From a virus (Duplodnaviria; Caudoviricetes), in IMG/VR virus record IMGVR_UViG_3300050336_000030: 64,000 nt of DNA; one strand, 5' to 3'. The first letter of the stretch is position 1. Each line of letters begins with the position of its first letter. Below the pieces are notes generated by a model. The model did no database searches, was not told the DNA's origin, and saw only the letters and a program-made list of their open reading frames with translations. The position numbers and the translations under genes are program-made. Below are positions 53,308-63,817 of this stretch, one piece after another.

Positions 53308-56300
53308 TGTACGAAACTTTGATTAAAATGATAATTCCAAAATTAAAATTTAAATTTCCTTATTCATTTGATGATTATTGCAATAACTTATATTTTGAAG
53401 ATTATCATTGCCATAAGGCATTTTCAAATGTATATACTGCTGATAGTGGAGAATTAGTAAGTGCTTATGTTGACAGAATAAAAGAGTTAAATGCTAAATG
53501 TTTATTCTCAGGGGAGCATGGATCACAAGGCAATCAATTCGAAATTTATACTATAGCAGAAAAGGAAAAATTAAAATATAGACATTCAACCGAAGCATAT
53601 TGGGTAAAAAATAGACATGAAAAAGATAAAACAAATTGTCATATGGTTATAGTCGCAAAGAATAAACAGGGAAGAGAAGATATTAATTATGTTTTATCAA
53701 TGGCAAATATTGATGGTTATTATTATAGACCAAGAATTGATTTAAATTTATTATTTGATATACCTAAAGACAACGTAATTGTGACATCTGCTTGTATTGC
53801 CGGATGGGGTTATAAAGACGCAGACGATATTTGGATTAAAATACATAATTATTTTGGAAATAATTTTTTCTTTGAGTTACAAGCAAATAATACGCCAAAG
53901 CAGATTGAGCTAAATAAGTATATTCTAGAACTATCTGAAAAATACAATATACAAATTATTGCGGGATTGGATAGTCATTATATTAGCGATTCTGGAAATA
54001 TAAAACGAGAACAAATTTTAAAATATAAAAAAGTTTCATATCCAGAAGAAGAAGGATGGTATATGGACTATCCAGATGTTCATACTTTGATACATAGATT
54101 TAAAGAACAGGGAGTATTAAATGAAGAACAAATTTTAACATCAATTATGAATACAAATGTATTTGTGGAAGAATGTGAAGAAATTGTTCTTGATAAATCA
54201 TTCAAAATTCCAAATATTTATAAAGGAAAATCATATGATGAGAGAGTAAAAATATACCATAAAATTTTAAATGAAAATTATGCTAAAGAAAGTCTTAAAT
54301 CAAAAGCAAAGGCTGATGGAATAAGATATGAAGCAAATGAAGTTACTGAGTCTGGAGTAGTTGATTATTTTTTAGATAATTATAAGCTTGTTGATTTGGC
54401 TGTAAATAAATATGGTGGAATACTAACTACTACTTCAAGAGGAAGTGCTGCATCTTTTGTAACAAATAGATTATTAGGCTTTACAACTGTCGATAGATTT
54501 AATTCAGATATACCAATTTATCCTGAAAGATTTTTAACGAAAGAAAGAGTTATGGCTGGTCAAATGCCAGATATCGATTTAAATGTTGCCACTCAGGAAC
54601 CGTTTGAAAAAGCAGGAAAGGAGTTATTTGGTGAAAATGGATGTTATCCATTAATGGCAGTCGGAGTTCTGAAAGAGAAATCAGCATGGGCATTATATGC
54701 CGGAGCAAACGGAGTATCTTCGCAAGATTCTTTAAAGATTTCAAAATATCTTGATGAATACAATAAAGCACTTAAATATGCTGAAGAAGATGAAAAAGAA
54801 TTTATTCAAGCAGAAGATTTTATTCCTGATGAATATATAGAGCTATATAATAAGAGTAAAGAATATCAGAGCATAACTATTAATTTAACAAAACATGCTT
54901 GTGGGTATATTCTTTTAGATGGAGATATCAGAAGAGAAATTGGATTAATTAGTGCAATTTCTGAAACAACAGGAGAAAGAACTCTCGTAGCTTGTGTTGA
55001 GGGTAAATATCTTGATGATTTTGGATATGTAAAAGATGATTTTCTTATAGTTGATAGCGTACATTTAACATACAAACTTTTTAAAAGTATTGGAATGGAT
55101 GTTCCTAGTTTCGAAGAATTAAAAACAATGATTGCGAATGATAAAAAGACTTGGGAAATTTATGAAAAAGGAATTACTTGTTGTGTTAACCAGTGTGAAC
55201 AGCCAAAAACAATATATAAAGTTATGAAATATAAGCCTAAATCCTTGGCTGAGCTATCGGCATTTATAGCTGCTATTCGGCCAGGTTTTGCATCTTCATT
55301 AAAAACATTTTTGGGTAGAGAATCATATTCTACAGGAGAAAAATTAATAGATGAATTATTAAAAGATACTTCTCATTTTATGTTATATCAAGAATCTATA
55401 ATGAAAGTATTGTCGTTTCTTGATATGAAAATGAATGATACATATGGCGTTATCAAAGCAATCTCTAAAAAAAAATATAAAGATCATCCAGAAAAACTTG
55501 CAGAGTTAAAAGAAGGATTATTGGAAGCGTGGAAAACAAAGATATCTAATATTAATAATTTTGAGACAGTATGGAAGATTATTGAAGATTCAGCATTCTA
55601 TGCTTTTAATTCTCCACATGCGTATAGTATGGGAGGAGATAGTGCTTATCAAGCATGGTTTAAAGCTAATTATACTATGATTTTTTATGAAGTAGCAATT
55701 AATCATTATCAAGAAAAAGAAAAGAAAAATAAAATTGATGCACTTATTAAAGAATGTATAAAATTTTATGGGTTAAAATTAGGTGGATATAAGTTTGGAA
55801 AAGATAATAGAAAAGTTACCATAGATAATGAAGAAATGACTATATATCCTAATTTATCAAGTGTAAAAAATTTTGGAGAAAAAGTTGTCACTGAACTTTA
55901 TGAAATAGGTAAAAGAAAATATGATAATTTTATTGAAATATTAAAAGTAATATCAGAAACATCAATAAATAGTTCAAGAGTTGAAGATTTAATTAAAATA
56001 GGATATTTTAGTGAATTTGGAGACGTTAATAAGCTTCTGACTATAAAGAAATATTATGAATTAATTTATAATGCAAAAGTATTAAAAAAAGACAAAATTA
56101 AAGAGAATAGTTTGAACGAATCTATAATTGCTAAATATGGCCATGAAACAGCTTCTCAATATAATCAATTAGATAATGTTAAAATATTAAATGAGTTAAT
56201 ATATAATATTGAATATAAACCATTATCTATTAAAGAGAAATTAGATATTGAAAAAGATATTCTAGGAATAATAACAACGAAAGATTCATCTATCAGTAAG

Positions 56301-56618
56301 AGAATATATTACGTATCAGAATTAGAAGTTTTGAAATCTATTGTTAATGTAAAACTATATGAAATATATAGCGGTATAACAAGAGAAGTTAAAATGTGGA
56401 CTAATGCATATAACAGAAAACCATTCAATGAAAAAGATGTTTTACATATATCAGTATTAGAAAAGAAAAATAAAAAAGAGCCGACGGGAGAAATTGATGA
56501 TAAGACTGGAAAGAAAATATACATGGATGTTCCAGATAAATTTGAATTTTGGCTCTCAAAGTATTTCATAAAACAAAATATAGAGGAGAATAATAATGAA
56601 ACATTATTATACAGATAA
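53307..56618 (+). CDS. dnaE: DNA polymerase III alpha subunit (PHP plus family C)
   Basis: YHCH, RGSAAS, PERFL, MPDID, HACG, KDD, LYQE, YAFNSPHA. Confidence 0.93.
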   Translation: MYETLIKMIIPKLKFKFPYSFDDYCNNLYFEDYHCHKAFSNVYTADSGELVSAYVDRIKELNAKCLFSGEHGSQGNQFEIYTIAEKEKLKYRHSTEAYWVKNRHEKDKTNCHMVIVAKNKQGREDINYVLSMANIDGYYYRPRIDLNLLFDIPKDNVIVTSACIAGWGYKDADDIWIKIHNYFGNNFFFELQANNTPKQIELNKYILELSEKYNIQIIAGLDSHYISDSGNIKREQILKYKKVSYPEEEGWYMDYPDVHTLIHRFKEQGVLNEEQILTSIMNTNVFVEECEEIVLDKSFKIPNIYKGKSYDERVKIYHKILNENYAKESLKSKAKADGIRYEANEVTESGVVDYFLDNYKLVDLAVNKYGGILTTTSRGSAASFVTNRLLGFTTVDRFNSDIPIYPERFLTKERVMAGQMPDIDLNVATQEPFEKAGKELFGENGCYPLMAVGVLKEKSAWALYAGANGVSSQDSLKISKYLDEYNKALKYAEEDEKEFIQAEDFIPDEYIELYNKSKEYQSITINLTKHACGYILLDGDIRREIGLISAISETTGERTLVACVEGKYLDDFGYVKDDFLIVDSVHLTYKLFKSIGMDVPSFEELKTMIANDKKTWEIYEKGITCCVNQCEQPKTIYKVMKYKPKSLAELSAFIAAIRPGFASSLKTFLGRESYSTGEKLIDELLKDTSHFMLYQESIMKVLSFLDMKMNDTYGVIKAISKKKYKDHPEKLAELKEGLLEAWKTKISNINNFETVWKIIEDSAFYAFNSPHAYSMGGDSAYQAWFKANYTMIFYEVAINHYQEKEKKNKIDALIKECIKFYGLKLGGYKFGKDNRKVTIDNEEMTIYPNLSSVKNFGEKVVTELYEIGKRKYDNFIEILKVISETSINSSRVEDLIKIGYFSEFGDVNKLLTIKKYYELIYNAKVLKKDKIKENSLNESIIAKYGHETASQYNQLDNVKILNELIYNIEYKPLSIKEKLDIEKDILGIITTKDSSISKRIYYVSELEVLKSIVNVKLYEIYSGITREVKMWTNAYNRKPFNEKDVLHISVLEKKNKKEPTGEIDDKTGKKIYMDVPDKFEFWLSKYFIKQNIEENNNETLLYR

Positions 56619-57126
56619 AAAATATAAAGATCTTATTTCACATATGGTTATACTACATGATTCACGTGAACAAACCTCAAATCACATACTAGAATATTTT
56701 GACAAACATAATATTAAACATGAAAAAAGAGCATTAAAAACAGGGGATTATTCATTTAAAATTGAGGCGTGTCCCGAATTGGGATACCTTATTGATACAT
56801 ATTTTACAGACGAATTGTGCATAGAACGTAAAAATGGAATTAACGAGATTGCTGGCAATATATCCGAAAAAGATGATAGGTTTTTAAAAGAAATAAATCG
56901 CATGATTAATATTCAAGATTGCTATATACTTATTGAAGATGACCGAATAGATGGTATAATAGAACATAATTATGATACAAAACTAAATGAACTATCGTTG
57001 TTGCGAACATTATTAACTATCCAGAAGAGAAGTAATTTTTATCCTAACTTTGTTAAAAAAGAAAACATGGGAAAAATGATTTATGAAATATGCTTAAGTT
57101 CATTAAACAGTAAAATATTAAAATAA
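56596..57126 (+). CDS. ERCC4-domain nuclease
   Basis: DSREQ, LKTGDY, IERKN. Confidence 0.88.
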   Translation: MKHYYTDKKYKDLISHMVILHDSREQTSNHILEYFDKHNIKHEKRALKTGDYSFKIEACPELGYLIDTYFTDELCIERKNGINEIAGNISEKDDRFLKEINRMINIQDCYILIEDDRIDGIIEHNYDTKLNELSLLRTLLTIQKRSNFYPNFVKKENMGKMIYEICLSSLNSKILK

Positions 57127-57129
57127 GTG

Positions 57130-57254
57130 ATAGTTTTATGAAACGATAGTTGACATCATGAAAAATCTGTGCTATTATTAAATCATACCAAAGAAAAGGG
57201 GTTGAAATTAATAATATCACAGATTTTTAGCACATTGTGATAGTTATATGAAAC
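57130..57254 (+). promoter_or_regulatory. Operator-flanked sigma-A promoter of the RNA-repair block
   Basis: ATAGTTTTATGAAACG, TTGACA 57150, TGcTATTAT, second operator at 57240. Confidence 0.7.
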
Positions 57255-57306
57255 TTAATAAAAGTTAAATTCTATCTGCATATTAGTAATAAAAAAGGAG
57301 AAGATT

Positions 57307-58326
57307 ATGGATTTTAAGAAATTATTAGATACAAAAGAATATGAATTTTTGAAAACAGATGAGCATTTAGGAAATAAAATTATCTTATTGGGATTAGGGG
57401 GATCACACGCTTATGGAACCAATATTGAAGGTAGTGATGTAGATATTCGTGGCATAGCTTTAAACAGCAAATCAGATTTAATCGGAATGAGTAATTTTGA
57501 ACAGAGAGTAAATGAAGCAACCGATACTACTATTTATGCCTTTAATAAGATTATTGAATTATTACTTAATACTAATCCAAATACAATTGAGATGTTAGGA
57601 CTTAAACCGGAGCAATACTTATATATCTCACCAATTGGTCAGGAATTACTTGACAATAAAAAGCTGTTCTTATCAAAAAGATGTATTTATTCATTTGGAG
57701 GATATGCAAATCAGCAGCTTAGAAGATTGCAAAATGCTATCGCTAGAGATACATTAACACAGACTGAAAGAGAAACACATATTTTAAACACTATAAAAAA
57801 TATGATGTTTGATATTAAATCAAGATATGAACAGTTTGAAAACGGTTCAATTAAATTGTATACGGATAAGGCAATTCAAGAAGATATGGATACAGAAATA
57901 TTTATGGATATCAATTTAACTCACTATCCATTAAGAGATTATAAGAGTATCTGGTCTGAGATGAATAATGTAGTAAGAGATTATAGTAAAATTGGTAAGC
58001 GTAATAATAAGAAAGATGATTTACACCTGAATAAACACTGTATGCATTTGATCAGATTATATATGATGTGTTTAGATATTCTTGAAAAAGAAGAAATTAA
58101 TACTTATAGAGATAAAGAACATGATTTACTTATGAATATTCGCAATGGTGAATATATGCATGAAAACGGAACTATGAGACAAGAGTTTTGGGATTTATTA
58201 AATGAATATGAAAAAAGATTTGAGTACGCAAAAGAAAACACAAATCTTCCTGCTAATCCAGATTACAAGAAAGTGGAAGAATTTGTGATTAGCGTAAATG
58301 AGAGGGTGGTAAGAGGTGAATATTAG
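57307..58326 (+). CDS. Pol-beta superfamily nucleotidyltransferase (Nuc-transf/RlaP-like)
   Basis: GGSHAYGTN..SDVDIRG, NPN..E, HLIRL. Confidence 0.85.
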   Translation: MDFKKLLDTKEYEFLKTDEHLGNKIILLGLGGSHAYGTNIEGSDVDIRGIALNSKSDLIGMSNFEQRVNEATDTTIYAFNKIIELLLNTNPNTIEMLGLKPEQYLYISPIGQELLDNKKLFLSKRCIYSFGGYANQQLRRLQNAIARDTLTQTERETHILNTIKNMMFDIKSRYEQFENGSIKLYTDKAIQEDMDTEIFMDINLTHYPLRDYKSIWSEMNNVVRDYSKIGKRNNKKDDLHLNKHCMHLIRLYMMCLDILEKEEINTYRDKEHDLLMNIRNGEYMHENGTMRQEFWDLLNEYEKRFEYAKENTNLPANPDYKKVEEFVISVNERVVRGEY

Positions 58327-59659
58327 ATTTAATTTACCTATAGAGGTAGAAGAGATATTACGACTACTTAATAAAAACGGATATGAAGCGTATATCGTAG
58401 GAGGTTGTGTAAGAGATAAAATATTAGGCAGAACTCCTCATGACTATGATATCTGCACATCTGCCAAACCAGAAGAGGTTATTAATGTGTTTGAGTATTT
58501 TAAAGTAATTGAAACTGGATTAAAACATGGGACAGTAACAGTAATGATTAATAATGAGCCATTTGAAATCACTACATACAGGATTGATGGTAAATATTCA
58601 GATAATCGTAGACCAGATAGTGTAGATTTTACATTGAATTTAGAAGATGATTTATCACGTAGAGATTTTACGATTAATGCAATGGCTTATAGTAAAGAAA
58701 AAGGATTGATTGATCCGTTTCATGGAATGTACGATATTCAAAACAAAGTAATTAGGTGTGTAGGTACTCCTGAATATAGATTCCAAGAAGATGCATTGAG
58801 AATATTAAGAGCAATGAGATTTTCAATTCAGTTAGGATTTAAAATTGCAAGATCAACATTTGAAGCAATGATTGATAACAAGAATCTAATATCTAATGTT
58901 TCTTATGAAAGAATTAATGCGGAGTTAATGAAAATGCTTGAATTCCGTAAGCCAATATTAGAACATTTCAATGGTTGCAGAGATATTATAGCTGAATTTA
59001 TTCCTGAATTTGTTCAGTGTTTCGATTTTAAGCAGAATAATCCATATCACTTATATGATGTTTATAATCATATTTTACACGCCGTAGATAACTATATTGG
59101 CGATGATATGAAAATAAAACTGTCATTGTTGTTACATGATATAGGTAAACCGGATTGCTATTCAGAAGATGAAAACGGTGGACATTTTATAGGACATGGA
59201 ATTGTAAGTTCCGATAAAGCAAAAGAAATATTAATAAGATTGAAGTTTGATAACGATACTATAAAATCTGTTACAGAATTAGTGTTATATCATGACTCTA
59301 CTATCGAACCAACAAATAAAACAATTAAGAGATGGTTGAATAAAATTGGTGAAGAACAATTTAGAAGACTAATAGAAATTAAAATGGCAGACATGACAGC
59401 ACATTCAAATACTGGTTTAGACGTTAGATTAGAAAAACATAAACAATTATGTGAAATACTAGAAAGCGTTTTATTAGAAGAACAATGTTTTTCCATGAAG
59501 GATTTAAAAGTAAATGGAAAAGATTTATTGAATATAGGATACAAAGAAGGAAGACAATTGGGTGCTGCGTTACAAGGATTGCTAGATTGTGTGATTGCAA
59601 ATGAAGTAGAAAACGACAAAGAAAAATTGTTGATATTGGCGAAAGGATGGATTAAATAA
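58316..59659 (+). CDS. cca: CCA-adding tRNA nucleotidyltransferase with HD domain
   Basis: VGGCVRD, DYD, EITTYR, RRDFTINA, EDALRILR, ERI, LLHDIGK. Confidence 0.92.
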   Translation: MNIRFNLPIEVEEILRLLNKNGYEAYIVGGCVRDKILGRTPHDYDICTSAKPEEVINVFEYFKVIETGLKHGTVTVMINNEPFEITTYRIDGKYSDNRRPDSVDFTLNLEDDLSRRDFTINAMAYSKEKGLIDPFHGMYDIQNKVIRCVGTPEYRFQEDALRILRAMRFSIQLGFKIARSTFEAMIDNKNLISNVSYERINAELMKMLEFRKPILEHFNGCRDIIAEFIPEFVQCFDFKQNNPYHLYDVYNHILHAVDNYIGDDMKIKLSLLLHDIGKPDCYSEDENGGHFIGHGIVSSDKAKEILIRLKFDNDTIKSVTELVLYHDSTIEPTNKTIKRWLNKIGEEQFRRLIEIKMADMTAHSNTGLDVRLEKHKQLCEILESVLLEEQCFSMKDLKVNGKDLLNIGYKEGRQLGAALQGLLDCVIANEVENDKEKLLILAKGWIK

Positions 59660-60549
59660 TGAAGTGTTTCTATCATGGAGATAAAGACGGAGAATGTGCT
59701 GGATTTTGGGTTTATTTAAGTGCTGGTTTATATGATGGATATGAAACTGATAGTAAGTTTATAAGAATAAATTATGGTATGGATTTTCCGTTTGATGATA
59801 TTAGAGAGAATGAACAGGTTTATATCGTTGATTATTCAATTTCTCCAGACGAAATGAGAAAGCTGCTTGCAATAACAAAAGATGTAACTTGGATAGATCA
59901 TCATAAGACAGCAATAGCAAAGTATAAAGATTTTGAATATGATTTGCGTGGAGTTAGATATGATGGTGTAGCCGGATGTATGCTCACATACTGTTATTTA
60001 CACCACATGACAGAAAGAGGTCAAGGAGAAATTAAACCTTTTGATTTATCAATGACGAAAGATGCACCAATGTTTACAAAATTACTGGCAGATTATGATG
60101 TTTGGACTTTTGAATACGGTGATGATACAAGATATTTTCAAACTGGTGTAAATTCTTATGATTTTGAACCTGAAAATAAAAGATGGTACGATTTGTTAGA
60201 CGATGGATCGGAACAGACATACATCGAAGAAGGTAAAATCATGATTAAATTCAGAGATAATTGGGCAAAAGATTATTGCGAATGTAAAGGATTTCAAACA
60301 GAATTTGAAGGACATAAATGTTATGCTATGAATTTGGGTTTGTGTAGTAGCGAATATTTTAAATCTATTGATGATGGTACTTACGAAATATTAATTGCTT
60401 TTTCTTATAACGGTAAAAGTTGGTCGGTAAGTTTATATTCAAAAACGGTTGATGTATCTGATATTGCTAAAAAGTATGGCGGTGGAGGACATAGAGGAGC
60501 TGCCGGATTTAATAGTGATGAGTTATTATTTCAAAAAGACGGTCAATAA
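59659..60549 (+). CDS. DHH/DHHA1 phosphoesterase (nanoRNase-like)
   Basis: YH.D.DG, IVD, IDHH, GGGGHRGAAGF. Confidence 0.88.
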   Translation: MKCFYHGDKDGECAGFWVYLSAGLYDGYETDSKFIRINYGMDFPFDDIRENEQVYIVDYSISPDEMRKLLAITKDVTWIDHHKTAIAKYKDFEYDLRGVRYDGVAGCMLTYCYLHHMTERGQGEIKPFDLSMTKDAPMFTKLLADYDVWTFEYGDDTRYFQTGVNSYDFEPENKRWYDLLDDGSEQTYIEEGKIMIKFRDNWAKDYCECKGFQTEFEGHKCYAMNLGLCSSEYFKSIDDGTYEILIAFSYNGKSWSVSLYSKTVDVSDIAKKYGGGGHRGAAGFNSDELLFQKDGQ

Positions 60550-60645
60550 GTATACAACATATAGTAATTGATATTATAAAGATACTATATATTGATTGAA
60601 AATGCACATAAAACACTGTTTTTATGCGGTTAGAAAGGAGATAAA

Positions 60646-61239
60646 ATGACTGATAAAGAAAGAATGGAAGAGATTAAATCAGATTGGTTTTCAAAACACA
60701 AAGCTACTTATCAAAAGTTAAGTGATGAAACATCGGTACTTACATGGAAAGAAGACGGGACATCGATGTATCATGTTAGATACGTATTCGACAGAAATAG
60801 ATTATTTATAACAGGAGATATAGGAGATGCGGTATTTGTACTTACTGAGAAAGCTAACTTCAAAACCATAGCTTCTGAATATAGTATGCATTATTTATTT
60901 GGAAAACTTAGAGCAGATAATGAAGCATATGACTTTGATAGTGAGAAAGCTATTGAAACACTTAAAGATCATTTTAAAGATTATGAATTTGATAATGACG
61001 AAGACAAAAAAGAGTTTAATGAAATGGCAGAAGAAATTTATTCGTGCATACGAGAGGAATGTAACACAGAAAATCAATGGGCTACTGCTCTAAATTGTGA
61101 TTATTACGATAAATTAACTGAATACGACGTGGATTGTTGGGAGTGGATTTATGCTATTGGCAAAGAGTTAAGCTGGCAAGCATTAGGTTGGGTAGTTGGA
61201 TTGCAGATGGCTTATAAACAGTTAAAAGATTCACTATAG
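60646..61239 (+). CDS. Hypothetical phage protein
   Basis: 197 aa, RBS; LFITGDIGDAVF motif. Confidence 0.75.
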   Translation: MTDKERMEEIKSDWFSKHKATYQKLSDETSVLTWKEDGTSMYHVRYVFDRNRLFITGDIGDAVFVLTEKANFKTIASEYSMHYLFGKLRADNEAYDFDSEKAIETLKDHFKDYEFDNDEDKKEFNEMAEEIYSCIREECNTENQWATALNCDYYDKLTEYDVDCWEWIYAIGKELSWQALGWVVGLQMAYKQLKDSL

Positions 61240-61568
61240 AAAGATTTAAGAAAGAAGGTAATAATATTTTTACTACATATAATGATGAGTATGTTTTTAT
61301 AAAAAATGAAGATATTGAAAAATGTACATTTAAAGATAGTAGAGTATTAGCAACAAAGGTAACTGTTGGATGTAAAGCAATTTGTGATAAAACTATCTTA
61401 GATGAATTACTTATTAACGATTTGATTAAAGATAATTTCTCTCTAAACATAGCAAAAGAAGATAATTATTATTCGGTTTATTTTGGAGAGAAAAAGGATT
61501 ATGATGTGAAATGGTTTTAAAAATGTAAATGGAAAGAATATTTGGAGTGGTTTTAGAAAGGAGTATAG

Positions 61569-63817
61569 ATGAATGAAACGGGATTATTGGATTGCTATGG
61601 TAATATGATACACGTTGGCGACATCTTGCTGAATCCAATGATGTGTGACTTATGGAAAGTGGAAGAAGATGAACATGGTGAGTTTACTGCAAATCTAATT
61701 CCTAATAGTGGTTATGTTGGTCATCCTGAGAGTGCTAAATATCCATTGTGTGTCGAGGATTTAGATATGATAAACAACGTATTTGAAATTTATAAAGAAG
61801 ATAAATAACGTATTATATTATGAGATCTAGGGGGATTGATGCAATGAAAGAACAAAAATTATATGTATGTGATTATTGTGGAACACAATATAAAGATAAA
61901 GATGAATGTAAAAAATGTGAGCAAGGGCACAATACACCAAAAGAAATAACTGGTGCGAATTATATATCTTTAAAAAGTAACGGAAGTGGGTATCCTACAC
62001 AAATTCACATTAAAATGAGCAACGGAGAAACAATCACATATAAGAGATAAATTGTTAACAGAATCGGTCTTTTATATAGAAAGGAAAATATGAGAGTAGA
62101 ACAAAAACCAAATTATGAGTTAATCATTAAAACTAATAAATATACTGGAAACTTTGAGAGAGAATTAATTAGTTATTCTCTAGGTACTCTGGATAATGTA
62201 CAAATGGAACTAGGAGATTTCCATGGAGATTATGAAATGGATCTTTTTTGGGAAGAGGAATTTAACACCACCAGAAAAGATTACTATGATGACTATGAAT
62301 TAAAAGATGAATATCTTTTTGAAACGTACCAAGATGTAGATGATTGGGAGCAAATGACTTTTTATCATATAGTTGATGGGAATTCTTTGGCGGTGCAACT
62401 TATTAAACCCTTAAATGAATATTGGGAAGAAATAGTGGTTAGAAGAATTAAAAAGTTCTTTGATGTTCATCCGTGTAAATATACTTGGACACTTCCAGAA
62501 GACGGAATTTTGATAGAATTATATTTAATTGATAAAAATGGAAATGTAATTAAAAAATATATTTAGCAAACCAAATTGTGAATTCATTTTGAAAGGAGGC
62601 AGAAAATGAAAAAATACGAATGTGTTAATGATTTAAATGTAGACTCGGATAAAGATGGTTTAACTTATGTATGCGGAGCGAAATACACAAGTGATAGTTG
62701 CATAATCAGAAAAGAGGGATATTGTGATTTCGGTTATTTTGATAAAAATACAAACACAATACGTTGTAGTAGTATAGATTATTTGAAAAAAGTATAAAAT
62801 CAATCATTTATATTGAAAAGAGGATATATGTTTAAAGCAAAGTTTAAATCAGGAGTATCAGAATCAGTATTATATTTTTATGATTGGATGGTCGAAATTG
62901 AAATATATGATACAAAGATAATTGACAATAGTACATTTTTCTTAGTAAAGCCTTTATATGTTATTAAAAATAAAAAGTGGATATGGTTAAACAGTAATTT
63001 ATTTATTTGATAGGCTGCATTTAGTGCTTAGTGAACTCTAGGTATTAGGCGTAGATTGAAGATAAATATAACATAAAGAAAAGGAGTCTATAATGAAATT
63101 TCTAAATTTATGGAATAGGATAGGAAAACAACCAATAAAAGATACAAAGAAATTAGATGTGGTGGTAGAAACAGAAGATGGAAGATATATAGTCACAAAA
63201 ATCAATTACTTAAATGGCAAATTGTATAGCTTACAGGCAGAACGAATTACATGTAATAACTGTAAAAATTCACCTCAAAATAACAATGGATATTGTCCTC
63301 CACATACCTGTGATATATGCACATCGTTGGATGAGGAAGAGGAGTTTGGAATGTGGAACTTTAAACAAAATAAATAAAACAGTTGATTTATAAAGAAAGG
63401 AGATAATTATGGGATTAGATATAGTTAGTATTTTTAATCCACCCAAAGTAAAAGGGTTTGATTACGAAAACATTGAAAGGGATATTATGCAGTGGAAAAC
63501 TGATATTGAAGAAATGTTAAAAGTTAATAAATACGACATGAATAATTTATGTGTCAACGAGGTATTAGGAACTGTGATTTGTTTAATGCAAGATAATACA
63601 ATATATGAATAATAAAAGGTCTTATGATTACTTTGAAAGTGAGGAAGTTATATGGGAAAGAAAGATATGTCTAAAACCTGCGGATTTAAGGATGCTGAAA
63701 TGGATTATATGGCAGGAAAAGAAATTACATATGAAGAAACAGAAAAATGGTACGACGAAAATTGCAGACAGTGTATATGGGCTAGTGATATTTGTATGTT
63801 TGGAGAAGAATAAATGA
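61569..63817 (+). other. Array of small hypothetical genes (61569 YopX-like, 61820, 62090, 62606, 62813, 63093, 63409, 63605)
   Basis: RBS-bearing ORFs; junction sites at 62058, 62570, 62794, 63374. Confidence 0.6.

Noticed and set aside
49077-56618. Inteins or introns in helicase or DnaE
   Set aside because: Frames are continuous, sizes are normal and no intein terminal motifs were noticed.
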